A DNA stretch of 64,000 nt from Desulfobacterales bacterium (GCA_030610995.1 JAUWQO010000001.1:11947-75946); one strand, 5' to 3'; positions 1-10,525 are shown, counted from the stretch's first letter. Notes: generated by a model from the sequence alone, not told the origin. Translations and numbers: made by a program.

Positions 1-1
1 T

Positions 2-445
2 ATAGCGATTCCGTGGCTACAGAACATTGCTTCTTCAATTATGCCGGGTAATGTTATATATGAATTGATGTTTGTAAGCTTTATATTCTTTTTCTGTTAC
101 TTTTATACTGCCGTTACCTTTAACCCTGTTGATGTTGCCGATAATATGAAAAAACAGGGTGGTTATATTCCGGGCATCCGTCCGGGCAAGCGCACGGCGG
201 ATCATATTGACAGGGTTTTGACACGGATTACCCTGGGAGGCGCAATATATGTTTCTGCAGTATGTGTACTTCCATCGATCTTGATATCTAAGTTTAATGT
301 TCCTTTTTACTTTGGAGGCACTGCTCTTCTAATAGTTGTTGGAGTTGCGATTGATACTATTTCGCAAATGGAATCTCATATGCTATCCCGCCATTACGAA
401 GGGTTTTTAAAAAAGGGCGGGGCAAAGATAAAGGGGCGGTTCTAA
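2..445 (+). CDS. secY: preprotein translocase SecY, C-terminal part (5' end outside window)
   Basis: Frame is open from the window edge. Contains '...[31 protein letters not shown]...', a typical SecY C-terminus. Followed by map-infA-rpmJ. Confidence 0.9.
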   Translation: MAIPWLQNIASSIMPGNVIYELMFVSFIFFFCYFYTAVTFNPVDVADNMKKQGGYIPGIRPGKRTADHIDRVLTRITLGGAIYVSAVCVLPSILISKFNVPFYFGGTALLIVVGVAIDTISQMESHMLSRHYEGFLKKGGAKIKGRF

Positions 446-454
446 GGTGCTGAT

Positions 455-1210
455 ATGGTGATTTTAAAATCATCCCAGGAGATTGAAAAGATTCGGAAAA
501 GCAATCAAATGGTTGCTGAAATACTTGCTATACTTGAATCAGAGATTAAGCCAGGAATAAATACTCTTTATTTAAACGACCTTTCGGAGAGATTAGCCAG
601 AGAAAAAGGAGCAACCCCGGCCTTCAAAGGATACAGGGGTTTTCCGTATGCACTATGCGCTTCGCCAAACAATGTGGTCGTGCATGGATTCCCTTCCAAG
701 AAACCACTTTGCGAAGGGGATATCATAAGTCTTGATTTTGGGGTCTTTTTTGATGGTTATTACGGTGATTCTGCTATAACAGTGGCTGTTGGAAAGGTGT
801 CAGATTCTTCCAGGCGGCTTGCCAGGGTTACAAAAGAGTCTCTTTACAAAGGGATTGAAAAAGCGGTTCCAGACGGCAGGCTTTCAGATATTTCACATGC
901 AGTTCAATTGCATGTGGAGGCTGCCGGTTTTTCGGTCGTTCGTAAGTTTGTCGGCCATGGTATTGGCAGCAAACTACATGAAGAGCCTCAGATACCCAAT
1001 TTTGGAGAGCCTAATACCGGGCTCCGCTTAAAAGCGGGTATGACTTTGGCCATAGAGCCTATGGTTAATGAAAAAGGTTATGATATTGAAATACTTGAAG
1101 ATGGATGGACTGCTGTAACAAAAGATGGTTGTTTGTCTGCTCATTTTGAGCATACAATTGCAATTACAAAAGACGGCCCAGTTATCTTAAGTGAAATTGA
1201 CAGGGGTTAA
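455..1210 (+). CDS. map: type I methionine aminopeptidase
   Basis: 251 aa with MetAP metal-ligand context (DISLDFGV..DGYYGDSA, HGIG, EPM, FEHT). Conserved position after secY. Confidence 0.95.
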   Translation: MVILKSSQEIEKIRKSNQMVAEILAILESEIKPGINTLYLNDLSERLAREKGATPAFKGYRGFPYALCASPNNVVVHGFPSKKPLCEGDIISLDFGVFFDGYYGDSAITVAVGKVSDSSRRLARVTKESLYKGIEKAVPDGRLSDISHAVQLHVEAAGFSVVRKFVGHGIGSKLHEEPQIPNFGEPNTGLRLKAGMTLAIEPMVNEKGYDIEILEDGWTAVTKDGCLSAHFEHTIAITKDGPVILSEIDRG

Positions 1211-1213
1211 GAC

Positions 1214-1432
1214 ATGCCGAAGGAAGAGGCCATAAAGGTTGAGGGCAAAGTGCTTGAGACGCTGCCCAATGCGATGTTTAAAGTCGAATTGGAGAATAAG
1301 CACCAGGTGCTGGCGCATATTTCAGGAAAGATGCGTATGCATTTCATCAAAATTTTGCCTGGGGACAAGGTTACTGTTGAGCTTTCACCGTATGACCTTA
1401 CTCGTGGCCGAATAACTTACAGGTCAAAATAG
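1214..1432 (+). CDS. infA: translation initiation factor IF-1
   Basis: 72 aa, '[51 protein letters not shown]', the canonical IF-1 S1 fold. Confidence 0.97.
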   Translation: MPKEEAIKVEGKVLETLPNAMFKVELENKHQVLAHISGKMRMHFIKILPGDKVTVELSPYDLTRGRITYRSK

Positions 1433-1434
1433 CT

Positions 1435-1501
1435 GATAGTCGAGTGGTCGAGTAGTCGAGTAGTCAACCACTCGACCAATTTCCTACTCGACCACTCGAC
1501 C
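1435..1501. repeat. hairpin element built from 'gtcgagt(a/g)' words (family A)
   Basis: 'gtcgagtggtcgagtagtcgagtagtc' faces 'cctactcgaccactcgacc'. The same architecture occurs at 2115-2189, and the same word at 23916-23964. Confidence 0.85.
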
Positions 1502-1521
1502 AATGTCAAAAGGAGTATAAT

Positions 1522-1635
1522 ATGAAGGTCAGAGCATCGGTGAAGAAAATCTGCAGTAAGTGTAAAATAATCCGTAGAAAAAGGGTTGTAAGAGTAATCT
1601 GCGAAAATAAACGGCACAAACAGAGGCAAGGATAG
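1522..1635 (+). CDS. rpmJ: 50S ribosomal protein L36
   Basis: Hand-translated 37 aa, [42 protein letters not shown] lies 6 nt upstream. Too short for the supplied ORF track. Confidence 0.92.
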   Translation: MKVRASVKKICSKCKIIRRKRVVRVICENKRHKQRQG

Positions 1636-1648
1636 AGGAGGAGTTGGT

Positions 1649-2032
1649 TTGGCAAGAATTGCGGGCGTAGACCTACCCAGAAACAAACGGATTGAGATTG
1701 GTTTAACGTATATTTATGGTATTGGTAGAACCATATCAAGGCGTATACTGGATAAACTCGGCATCGGTTATGATATTAAGACAGATCAACTGTCAGAGTC
1801 CGAAATCAATGACATTCGTAAAGTTATTGACAGTAAAGTCAAGGTAGAGGGTGAACTTCGTACGGAAATTTCGATGAACATCAAACGATTGATGGATCTT
1901 GGATCATATCGGGGGCTTCGCCATCGTAAATCGCTTCCTGTGCGAGGGCAGAGGACAAGCACGAATGCACGTACCCGCAAGGGGCCAAGAAGATCGGCGG
2001 TTAAAAAGAGAGGCGGAGCTACAAAGAAGTAG
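1649..2032 (+). CDS. rpsM: 30S ribosomal protein S13 (TTG start)
   Basis: 127 aa, '[25 protein letters not shown]'. Operon position fits. Confidence 0.97.
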   Translation: MARIAGVDLPRNKRIEIGLTYIYGIGRTISRRILDKLGIGYDIKTDQLSESEINDIRKVIDSKVKVEGELRTEISMNIKRLMDLGSYRGLRHRKSLPVRGQRTSTNARTRKGPRRSAVKKRGGATKK

Positions 2033-2040
2033 TTGTTGTA

Positions 2041-2290
2041 ACTATTGAACTTATAAAATCCCACGCACAGCGCAGGCGCTTGCGCCGCGTGAATTTCAAT
2101 ATTCAATGAAACAGGATAGTCGAGTAGGAAATTAGTCGAGTAGTCGAGTAGTTAACAACTCGACCATTTTCCTACTCGACTACTCGACCAAAAAGGTACG
2201 GGTTTGAGATTTTGAATTTTGGTTATTGTAATTTATTTGATATTTGTGGTTTGTTATTTGTTATTTCAGGAAAGGAAATTCCTATACTAT
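2041..2290. repeat. composite repeat block inside the rpsM-rpsK spacer
   Basis: Contains the GC palindrome 'cgcacagcgcaggcgcttgcgccgcgtg' (also at 37214-37243), a family-A hairpin (2115-2189), and a partial copy (2197-2287) of the element at 45666-45832 and 31458-31688. Confidence 0.85.
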
Positions 2291-2386
2291 CAAGCTAATA
2301 ACCTGAGCAGTTACTAATTATTGACTAATTAAGAGTCCTGTAATGTAATATTTATTGCGATATCACAGGAGATAGGGACGTTATAA

Positions 2387-2773
2387 ATGGCAAAAAGAAC
2401 CGGTACAAAAAGAAAAGAAAAGAAAAATATCCCAAATGGAGTGGTACATATCCAGTCTACTTTTAACAATACAATTATTACCATAACAGATTCTGCTGGT
2501 AATGTTGTGGCCTGGTCAAGCTCCGGCGTCCAGGGATTTAAGGGTTCTCGAAAGAGTACTCCGTTTGCCGCCCAACTTGCAGCCGAAGATGCTGCTAAAA
2601 AAGCAATGGAACAGGGAATGAGGAATGTGGATGTATATGTCAAGGGCCCTGGGGCTGGTCGTGAATCGGCGCTCAGGTCATTGCAGTCAGCGGGATTTAA
2701 TGTTGTTATGATAAAAGATGTTACTCCTATTCCACATAATGGTTGCCGACCGCCGAAAAGGCGCAGGATATAA
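2387..2773 (+). CDS. rpsK: 30S ribosomal protein S11
   Basis: 128 aa, '[21 protein letters not shown]...[11 protein letters not shown]'. Confidence 0.97.
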   Translation: MAKRTGTKRKEKKNIPNGVVHIQSTFNNTIITITDSAGNVVAWSSSGVQGFKGSRKSTPFAAQLAAEDAAKKAMEQGMRNVDVYVKGPGAGRESALRSLQSAGFNVVMIKDVTPIPHNGCRPPKRRRI

Positions 2774-2785
2774 AAGGAGGATAAT

Positions 2786-3415
2786 TTGGCACGATTTATA
2801 GGTTCGGTTTGTCGGCTTTGCCGCCGCGAAAACCTGAAGTTATTTCTTAAAGGGGATCGATGCTATTCTGATAAGTGTGCTTTTGATCGACGTAGTTATC
2901 CGCCCGGCCAGCATGGTCAGCGTCGTGGAAGAAAAAGCTCAGACTACGGTATACAGCTTCGTGAAAAGCAAAAGATAAAACGTATGTATGGCCTTTCTGA
3001 AAAACAATTCCACCTGTTTTTTGAAAGGTCTGAGCGACAAAGAGGCATTACCGGCACAAATCTGCTTACATTATTGGAACGCCGGTTTGATAATGTTGTT
3101 TATCGCTTGGGTTTTGTGAACTCACGCGCTCAGGGCCGTCAGTTTGTAAAACATAATCATTTTCTAATTAACGGTAAGAAGGTTAATATACCATCATTGT
3201 TAATAAAAATTGGTGATGTAATTGAAATCCGGGAAAAAAGCCGTAAAATGCAGGCAATAGTTAATTCATTAGATGCCGTGGTTCGTAGAGGCATTCCCCC
3301 ATGGCTTGACCTGGAAAAAGATGAGCTGAAAGGAACAGTAAAGGCGTTTCCGGTGCGCGAAGACCTTACAATGCCTATGCAGGAGCAGCTTGTAGTTGAA
3401 CTTTATTCCAAGTAA
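2786..3415 (+). CDS. rpsD: 30S ribosomal protein S4 (TTG start)
   Basis: 209 aa, '[25 protein letters not shown]', with the S4 domain. Confidence 0.97.
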   Translation: MARFIGSVCRLCRRENLKLFLKGDRCYSDKCAFDRRSYPPGQHGQRRGRKSSDYGIQLREKQKIKRMYGLSEKQFHLFFERSERQRGITGTNLLTLLERRFDNVVYRLGFVNSRAQGRQFVKHNHFLINGKKVNIPSLLIKIGDVIEIREKSRKMQAIVNSLDAVVRRGIPPWLDLEKDELKGTVKAFPVREDLTMPMQEQLVVELYSK

Positions 3416-3463
3416 CAGATAAAGCGAGCGAGTCCAAAGCTCTCAAAAACTGGAGTTATAATA

Positions 3464-4489
3464 ATGGCATTAAATGAACTAATGTTTATGAACTGGCGAG
3501 AAATGATAAAGCCGGAGAAGGTCCAGGTAACCACCAGCACGCCTTCATACGGCAAGTTTGTTTGTGAACCTCTGGAAAGAGGATTTGGGATAACGATCGG
3601 AAATTCTTTAAGGCGTATAATACTTTCTTCCTTGTATGGCGCGGGTATTGTGTCTGTCAAGTTCGATGATGTTATGCATGAATTTAGCACTATTCCAGGT
3701 GTGCTTGAAGATGTATCCGAAATTATTCTTAACTTAAAATGTGTGCGTTTAAAATTGGCCGATGCTGAACCGAAAACAATACGCATTGATGCTAAGGCAG
3801 AGGGCGAAGTCAATGCCGGAGATATTATCAGCGATGACGGAAAATGCGAGGTCCTTAATCCGGAGATGCATATTGCAACCCTTTCCAATAACGCAAAGTT
3901 AAAAATGACAATGATCGTTAAGGTTGGCAAGGGATATGCCTTATCTGAAGCAAATAAGGATGAAGATGCGCCAATAGGCACAATACCTATAGATGCTATA
4001 TTTTCACCTATTAAACGGGTAAACTATGTTGTGGGTAATGCCCGTGTTGGCCAGAGGACCGACTATGACAAGCTGACTTTAGAAGTATGGACAGATGGAA
4101 GCGTTCTTCCAGAGGACGCGGTTGCCTATGCCTCCAAGATATTAAAAGAGCAAATGGAGGTTTTTATAAATTTTGACGAAGATCTTGAGCCGGAGCCGGG
4201 GAAAAAATTGGAAGAGGCGCAGAAACCACAGTTTAATGAAAATCTTTATAGAAGTGTTGAAGAGCTTGAACTTTCCGTTAGAAGCGCTAATTGCCTTAAA
4301 AATGCCGGAATAAACAAGATCTATCAGTTAGTCATCAGGACCGAAGTGGAGATGCTTAAAACCAAAAATTTTGGAAGAAAGTCATTAAATGAGATCAAGG
4401 AAGTCCTAAATGAAATGAGCCTTTCTCTTGGGATGAAGCTTGATGGATTTGTGCTTCCTGAGGAAGACACAGAGGAAGAAGGGGAGTAA
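3464..4489 (+). CDS. rpoA: DNA-directed RNA polymerase subunit alpha
   Basis: 341 aa. N-terminal assembly domain and C-terminal domain ('LELSVRSANCLKNAGI'). Confidence 0.97.
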   Translation: MALNELMFMNWREMIKPEKVQVTTSTPSYGKFVCEPLERGFGITIGNSLRRIILSSLYGAGIVSVKFDDVMHEFSTIPGVLEDVSEIILNLKCVRLKLADAEPKTIRIDAKAEGEVNAGDIISDDGKCEVLNPEMHIATLSNNAKLKMTMIVKVGKGYALSEANKDEDAPIGTIPIDAIFSPIKRVNYVVGNARVGQRTDYDKLTLEVWTDGSVLPEDAVAYASKILKEQMEVFINFDEDLEPEPGKKLEEAQKPQFNENLYRSVEELELSVRSANCLKNAGINKIYQLVIRTEVEMLKTKNFGRKSLNEIKEVLNEMSLSLGMKLDGFVLPEEDTEEEGE

Positions 4490-4498
4490 AGGGATTCT

Positions 4499-5035
4499 AT
4501 GAGACATCGAAAGGCTGGTTTGAAATTAAACAGGACAAGCAGTCACAGGAATGCCATGTTTAGAAATATGGTTACCTCACTTTTTAAGCATGAGCGAATC
4601 CGCACTACAGATACTAAGGCAAAGGGCTTGAGGCACTGGGCAGACCATTTGATTACTCTGGCTAAACGGGGAGATTTGCATGCCAGACATCAGGCCCTTT
4701 CGATTGTAAGGGAAAAGAATGTCGTTCACAAACTATTTGATGAAGCTGCCGAGCGGTTTGGCTCTATATTCGGAGGCTATACCAGAATTATTAAGATGGG
4801 AAGACGTCCCGGAGATGCCGCTCCTGTGTCTATGATTGAACTTGTAGGCGCTGAAAAGGGTAAAAAGAAGAAAATCAAGGACAAAAAGCCGGCTGGAGCA
4901 GAAAAGAAGAAAACCGCAGAGAAAAAGCAGGCTGTTGATAAAAAAGTCCCATCAGATAAAGCAGAGAAAAAGGCTGTTGATAAAGAAGTCCCATCAGATA
5001 AACCCGAAGAGAGCGTAGAAAAAAAAGAGGATTAA
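4499..5035 (+). CDS. rplQ: 50S ribosomal protein L17 with a Lys-rich C-terminal extension
   Basis: 178 aa. The L17 core covers roughly residues 1-117 ('[17 protein letters not shown]'). A ~60-aa K/E/A-rich tail follows and contains a tandem duplication. Confidence 0.95.
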   Translation: MRHRKAGLKLNRTSSHRNAMFRNMVTSLFKHERIRTTDTKAKGLRHWADHLITLAKRGDLHARHQALSIVREKNVVHKLFDEAAERFGSIFGGYTRIIKMGRRPGDAAPVSMIELVGAEKGKKKKIKDKKPAGAEKKKTAEKKQAVDKKVPSDKAEKKAVDKEVPSDKPEESVEKKED

Positions 5036-5046
5036 GGAGTAAGGAT

Positions 5047-5221
5047 TAATTTAGCGCTTTAAAAACCTGTCTAATTTCCTTGAGAAGTAAAATATTGCCA
5101 ATTCAAGTTGTCATCATTTGAATGTCGAATGTCGAACAAGGAATTTCGAATTAAGAAGGCTTGTTCGTTGCGGTTTACTTCGACATTCATAATTCCTTGT
5201 TCGATATTCTGCGGTTCAAAA
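5047..5221. repeat. inverted-repeat element (family E, copy 1)
   Basis: 'gaatgtcgaatgtcgaacaaggaatttcgaat' faces 'tacttcgacattcataattccttgttcgatattctgcggttcaaaa'. The right arm is identical over 46 nt to 34666-34711. Confidence 0.85.
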
Positions 5222-5249
5222 ACCCTTATCAAAGTTATATCTTTATCCC

Positions 5250-6260
5250 TTAATCCTTAATCCTTTTATACGCAGCCAGCGCTTCTTCCTGCAAAAGGTC
5301 TTCCATGCCTGAGTACCTTGGTGAAAAATGAAAAAGTGTGAATTGTTTTACCCCGGCCATGCCTGCTATCGTTCCGGCATTTCTGGCTGTGAGATGAAAT
5401 TTTTTTTCGGCAATATCTTTATCTTTTTCAAGAAAAGCAGCCTCAATAAAAAGGTGGTCCGCATCCTTTGCGAATTCCACCGCCTTTTCAATATTGGGTT
5501 TGCAATATAACATGTCGGTAATATAGGTAATTTTTTGGCCTGGAGTTATTATTGCAATCCGATTCGTAAGATCCCCTAATATAAATCCCTTTTTTCTTAT
5601 ATTTTCTTGTCCCAATTTAACATCAAATTTTGAATCAGGATCTTGATGATTAAAGAGAGCCTGTTTAAATTCTCTAAGCCATGGGCCGATTTCAAGCCCA
5701 AGATCGATCAGCCTCTCTTTTATTATATTAACGTGAAACCGTTCCTTAATTGTAAAACCAAGGCACGGAATTTTATGATTAAGCACTACTGAAGAGAAGG
5801 TCAGCGCAGGTTCTTTAAAGAGGATGCCGTTAAACGGTTGCTTTATGGCGCTTTTGGAAGCTGTAAATCTATTTTTGCATCGGTACTGTCTGGTTATAAG
5901 CTGCTTAGCATGTACTTCGGTAATATACAGGGTGAATCGATTGTTGAAGTTTTCTACAAGGTTCCATGAATATCCGGCAAGTTTTCCCTCGACATTTTTT
6001 AAAAAGCCTTTGGGGCCGTACATATAAAGTTTTTTTTCACGTCCCAAAAACAGACGCAGCAGCCTGTCAAAGCCAACAAAATGATCCATATGAGTATGAG
6101 ATATAAAAACATGACTAATTTTGAGAAGATCCTTTGCTGAAAGAGAATAAATATCGCCCAGATCGAAAATTACGGCGCGTTTCTCAAAAAAAAAGGGTAT
6201 GAACAGGCCGGGGTCCTCAAAGGGGCTGTTTATTAGCCTGGGATGAAATAAGGAGCGCAT
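5250..6260 (-). CDS. MBL-fold metallo-hydrolase (RNase Z-like)
   Basis: 336 aa with the 'HTHMDH' metallo-beta-lactamase motif. The specific function is not resolved. Confidence 0.75.
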   Translation of the reverse strand: MRSLFHPRLINSPFEDPGLFIPFFFEKRAVIFDLGDIYSLSAKDLLKISHVFISHTHMDHFVGFDRLLRLFLGREKKLYMYGPKGFLKNVEGKLAGYSWNLVENFNNRFTLYITEVHAKQLITRQYRCKNRFTASKSAIKQPFNGILFKEPALTFSSVVLNHKIPCLGFTIKERFHVNIIKERLIDLGLEIGPWLREFKQALFNHQDPDSKFDVKLGQENIRKKGFILGDLTNRIAIITPGQKITYITDMLYCKPNIEKAVEFAKDADHLFIEAAFLEKDKDIAEKKFHLTARNAGTIAGMAGVKQFTLFHFSPRYSGMEDLLQEEALAAYKRIKD

Positions 6261-6266
6261 TGTTTA

Positions 6267-6686
6267 TTAGGAAAGAAATTTTGCAACCTGACGGTTTATA
6301 CAGATATATATATCTTCGTCGGAACCGAAAATATCAACTACATCCTTGTGCGTTAGAAGCTGTTCTATAACAAAGGCTGTAGTATAAATGCTTACAATAT
6401 TAGGATCTCGTGTAATGTGTCTGAATGGCGCTATCTGAAAGTCAACATCAAAATCTTCAGCTCTGGTTAATTTATTTAGACATTGCATTATCTGTTCTTC
6501 GAGGGCATTTTTATTGGTGGTTTCAACGAGATTGTTTTCAATAAGCTTTGTTGAAATTGCATTGGAAAGAGGTTCAACGCAGTCTTTTATGCTGTTTATT
6601 GCCTTTCTGCGCTCAAATTCCTTTGACGATTCTATCTTTGATAAGATGGTTGCTTCGCGGCTGCTTGGCCGGAATATTTTAGCCAT
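6267..6686 (-). CDS. hypothetical protein
   Basis: 139-aa ORF, tightly spaced (6 nt) after the MBL gene on the same strand. No motif recognised. Confidence 0.5.
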   Translation of the reverse strand: MAKIFRPSSREATILSKIESSKEFERRKAINSIKDCVEPLSNAISTKLIENNLVETTNKNALEEQIMQCLNKLTRAEDFDVDFQIAPFRHITRDPNIVSIYTTAFVIEQLLTHKDVVDIFGSDEDIYICINRQVAKFLS

Positions 6687-7110
6687 TGGTTAATCCTTTT
6701 TATATGGTGATACCTTCGCAAAACGCCCCCTTTTGCCCGATTACTGCGTCAAGCTCAAATTTCAATCCTCGAAATATTCAACATATTCCTCCGGTTGAAC
6801 CTGATTTAAAATTTGGTCGCCTTCCTTGTACTCGAACAAAATTGAACATTTTTCAAAGGTCTCAGTTTGCTATTTTTATCCGGCATGATAATGGCAACAT
6901 TGATTGATTGCAAGGAAAATGTTTGACTGCTTCGAAAAAGTCCGATTTCTATATTGTGCGGCATTCCCTATAATCATTTTGCAAAGATCTTAAGGCATAT
7001 CCGGCAAGAAAATTTGTGGTTTGACCATAGATTATGCGCATGATATTGAACCAGGCTATGCATTGCTTGCTCTCCGCAAGCCACGTCCTTTCCATGTGGA
7101 GAACTGATAC

Positions 7111-7293
7111 ATGTTTAGATTTTTACATGCTGCCGACATTCATTTAGACAGCCCGCTGCATAAGCTTAATTACTACGAGGGCGCTCCTGTCGATGAACTT
7201 CGCCAGGCGACCCGCCGGGCATTAGACAACCTGGTTCAGACTGCTATCAGGGGAGGACTTGCGAAGACTTGCGGGACGTCCATAAATAAATAA
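7111..7293 (+). pseudogene. N-terminal remnant of an SbcD/Mre11-type metallophosphoesterase
   Basis: 'MFRFLHAADIHLDSPL...' is the calcineurin-like phosphoesterase motif I. Similarity ends around 7250, where the dispersed 'gacttgcgggac' sequence begins. Only 60 codons. Confidence 0.65.
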
Positions 7294-7477
7294 ATAACTT
7301 GCTATAGCAGTAATCTTTGGGTTTTCATTGTTTTTAAACAAAGGTTGAAATGGGGATGACATTGGTGACTTTGTCCAACGAATATCCTGTGGATAATATA
7401 AAATTGCAAGTAGATGATCCGGCCTTGAATTTTGCTAATGAGTTTTATCCCAGGTTCGAGTGTAGCAGCGGGGATAA

Positions 7478-7633
7478 GCCGCCGTGGATTGTGTTTGCAG
7501 CGGCTATGCTGTAGATGGCCTGGCACAGGAAATTCTGGACGCAGGTGCTCAAGATTTTATTCAAAAACCATTTTCACTAAAAACATTATCGGAGAAACTG
7601 AGGAAAGTTTTGATGGAGCCACTGCTTGTGTAA
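7478..7633 (+). pseudogene. C-terminal remnant of a response-regulator receiver domain
   Basis: Hand translation gives '..CSGYAVDGLAQEILDAGAQDFIQKPFSLKTLSEKLRKVL*'. Stops lie directly upstream in this frame. Confidence 0.6.
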
Positions 7634-7706
7634 AAGAGCGAAGGCTCAATTGTGGTATTTGAGATACCATCACGTATGTTTTTTTTGACGATCGGAGGAT
7701 TTTCTG

Positions 7707-9832
7707 ATGACCGATAAGCCAACATATGAAGCATTGGAACAGATGGTCAGGAAATTAGAGAAAGATGCCGTTAAGCGCAAGCGGGCCGAGAAAGCTGTTT
7801 ACGAAAGTGAGGAGAAATTCAAGGCTATAACCGGCTCAGCCAAAGACGCTATTATAATTATGGATAATGAAGGAAATATCTCCTACTGGAATAAGGCAGC
7901 GGAAAATATATTTGGATATTTGTCTGATGAGGCTCTGGGGAAACAATTGCACGTATTCCTCGCACCTGAGAAATATTATAACTCGTATAAAATGGGCATC
8001 CATGCATTCAAGGAAACAGGCAATGGTCCTGTTCTCGGCAAAACGCTTGAGTTGGAGGCGGTAAGGAAAGATGGCACAATATTCCCCATTGAACTGTCTG
8101 TATCCGCGGTCAAAATAGATGACAAATGGAATGCCGTAGGAATTGTCAGGGACATCACCGAAAGGAAAGAGATAGACGAAGAACTGAGAAAACACCGCAA
8201 CCAGCTTGAGGAAATGGTGAAAGAGCGGACCTCAGAACTGACAACGACGAATGAAGAATTGCAGGCAGAAATAGCTGAGCGCAAGCGGGTAGAGACGCGA
8301 CTGAGAGAGTCGGAAGAGAAATTCAGAGTCATTTTTGATAGCGCTACTGACGCGATAGTGATATTGGATTTGGAAACGGAAAAATTCCTCACAGGAAATT
8401 TCATGTTTTGTGAAATGCTTGGCTATAGTCCTGAAGAGATCAACAATCTCAAAGTTAAAGATATACATCCCAATGAAGATTTGCCTTATGTCTTAGCCAA
8501 GATAGAGGCTCAAACAAAAGGAGAGTACACACTTGCCGCCGACATTCCGGTGAAAAGGAAAGATGGAAGCATTTTTTATGCTGATATCAACTCTTCTGTC
8601 ATAAGCTTCTATGGAAAACCTTATCTGATGGGTATCTTCAGAGATATTACCAAACGCAAGCAGGCCGAGGAAGAGAAAAAGAGACTCGAGGCCCAGCTTC
8701 ACCAGGCACGGAAGATGGAAACCATAGGCACTTTATCTGCCGGCATTGCCCATGATTTCAATAATATCCTTGGAGCCGTAATTGGTTATGCGGAACTTGC
8801 CCAGTTAAACATTACGCAAGAGACCCCGGTAAAGGCCAAGCTGGATGAGATACTTAAGGCAGCAGAGCGAGCAAAAGACCTGGTGAAGCAAATCCTTACG
8901 TTCAGTCGCCAAAGCGAAATAGGATTAAAAATATTACAGCTCAGCCTTATTGTCAAAGAGACACTGAAGTGGCTGAGAGCAACTTTGCCCACGACCATTG
9001 AAATTCGTCAAAACATTAAGAAGGACTCGGGTGTGGTGCTGGCCGATCCCACTCAAATACACCAGTTATTTATGAATCTTTGCACGAATGCAGCCAATGC
9101 CATGCGAGACAAGGGAGGCGTGCTGGAAGTGAGCGTTGTAAACGTAGATATTGATGCTGCCGGTGTATCTAAATATCCGGATATGAGAGAGGGACAATAT
9201 ATTAGGCTTACCGTAGCCGATACAGGTCATGGTATGGTCCCTGAAGTCATGGAAAGAATCTTTGACCCATATTTACGACCAAAGAGAAAGGGATGGGAAC
9301 AGGACTGGGACTGGCTATAGTACAGGGCATAGTAGAAACCTATGGAGGAAAGATCTCCGTGTACAGCCAGCCCGGGAAAGGAACGACCTTTCATGTTTTT
9401 CTTCCCAGGATCTACTCAAAGTCTGCTGTGAAAACAGCACCAGAAGAAGCTCTTCCTATGGGAAACGAGCGCATTCTGTTTGTGGATGATGAGCCGGCAC
9501 TTAGGAATATTGGGCAACAGATGTTAGATCATTTGGGTTACAAAACCGTTACCAAAGCAAGCGGCGTAGAGGCTCTGGAGACCTTTCGGGCACAGTCAGA
9601 CCAATTTGACCTCGTCATTACCGATCTAACAATGCCCCACATGACAGGCGATATTCTAGCTAAACAGGTCTTGAGCATAAGATCTGATATCCCGGTTATC
9701 CTTTGTACCGGATATAATGATATGATTACGGAAGAAACGGCAAGGGCCATGGGCATTCGGGCATTTGTCATGAAACCGATAATGATGCGTGATTTGGCCG
9801 AGACTATTCGTAAGGCGCTGGATAAAAAATAA
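7707..9832 (+). pseudogene. PAS-PAS hybrid sensor histidine kinase/response regulator, interrupted by a 1-nt frameshift near 9272-9274
   Basis: ORF 7707-9320 has two PAS domains, HisKA 'AHDFNNILG' and the HATPase N and G1 boxes. It derails after 'ERIFDPY'. ORF 9293-9832 continues with 'FTTKEKGMGTGLGLAIV' plus a receiver domain ('ILFVDDE..DLVITDLTMP..KP'). Restoring one T in the T-run joins the two. Confidence 0.85.
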
Positions 9833-10103
9833 TAAACAGAAATTTAAAACCTGCATTTTGCACATAAATTGCCGCTGTGAACTATGTGTGGGATTTATTT
9901 GTTATCCCACCATCATGTTCGCTTCACTGAACTATCAATCAAATACTTCTAAAAGTACTACTTTTTACCCGTAATCCATTTATTTCACCCACGATAATTA
10001 TCCGATATTACATTTAAATATTTACGTGCAAGAAGTTTCTTGCACGTATTAAACAATGGCAAAACGGTATGGCCAACTACTTCCATTTTCCCAGGGTCTT
10101 GCT

Positions 10104-10418
10104 TTAAAGCGTAATGTATCTAAAAACTTGAAGAAGTTTAATATCCAATGAATTCGCCTGGTTGATCCCTAAGCTGTCCATGTAGCGCCAAAAGGTGCTG
10201 GCTACCGGCAAACGTGTAAGCCGGAAAAACCCGCAAAGCATGGCATCCAATTGGAGATAGGTAAAATGCCAAAGTCGATTAAACCCTATAAATAATAGCA
10301 TCAAAATGCCTGCTACCATGGAATAATGACCCAGCTTGGGTCTTTGGCTTGGTCTATGATAGGCATAGTTAAAAATTTCTTTAAACTTAACCAAATCAAA
10401 AAACTTGATCACTGCCAA
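10104..10418 (-). mobile_element. truncated DDE-transposase N-terminal fragment (IS4/IS1380-like, family uncertain)
   Basis: 104 aa containing '...RLTRLPVASTFWRYMDSLGINQ', which resembles the N-terminal region of IS4-superfamily transposases. No catalytic domain or terminal inverted repeats were found. Confidence 0.45.
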
Positions 10419-10525
10419 AAGCCCGCCATATGGGCTAAGCTGCTCATTACAGATCTCATATTCCGTTGAAGCATTGATTTTTCTGGCTCCACCAAAAAAA
10501 TACCTGAACTTGCAAAGGTTTTCTT

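Noticed and set aside
6686-6907. 73-aa plus-strand ORF, and a possible minus-strand fragment 'FEYKEGDQILNQVQPEEYVEYFED' resembling a cNMP-binding-domain piece.
   Set aside because: There is no start or RBS context, the matches are very short, and I cannot support either from sequence alone.
10025-10050. Perfect palindrome 'tacgtgcaagaagtttcttgcacgta' as an IS terminal repeat or terminator.
   Set aside because: It is a single copy in the window with no T-tract and no matching partner end. It is mentioned only as context for the transposase fragment.
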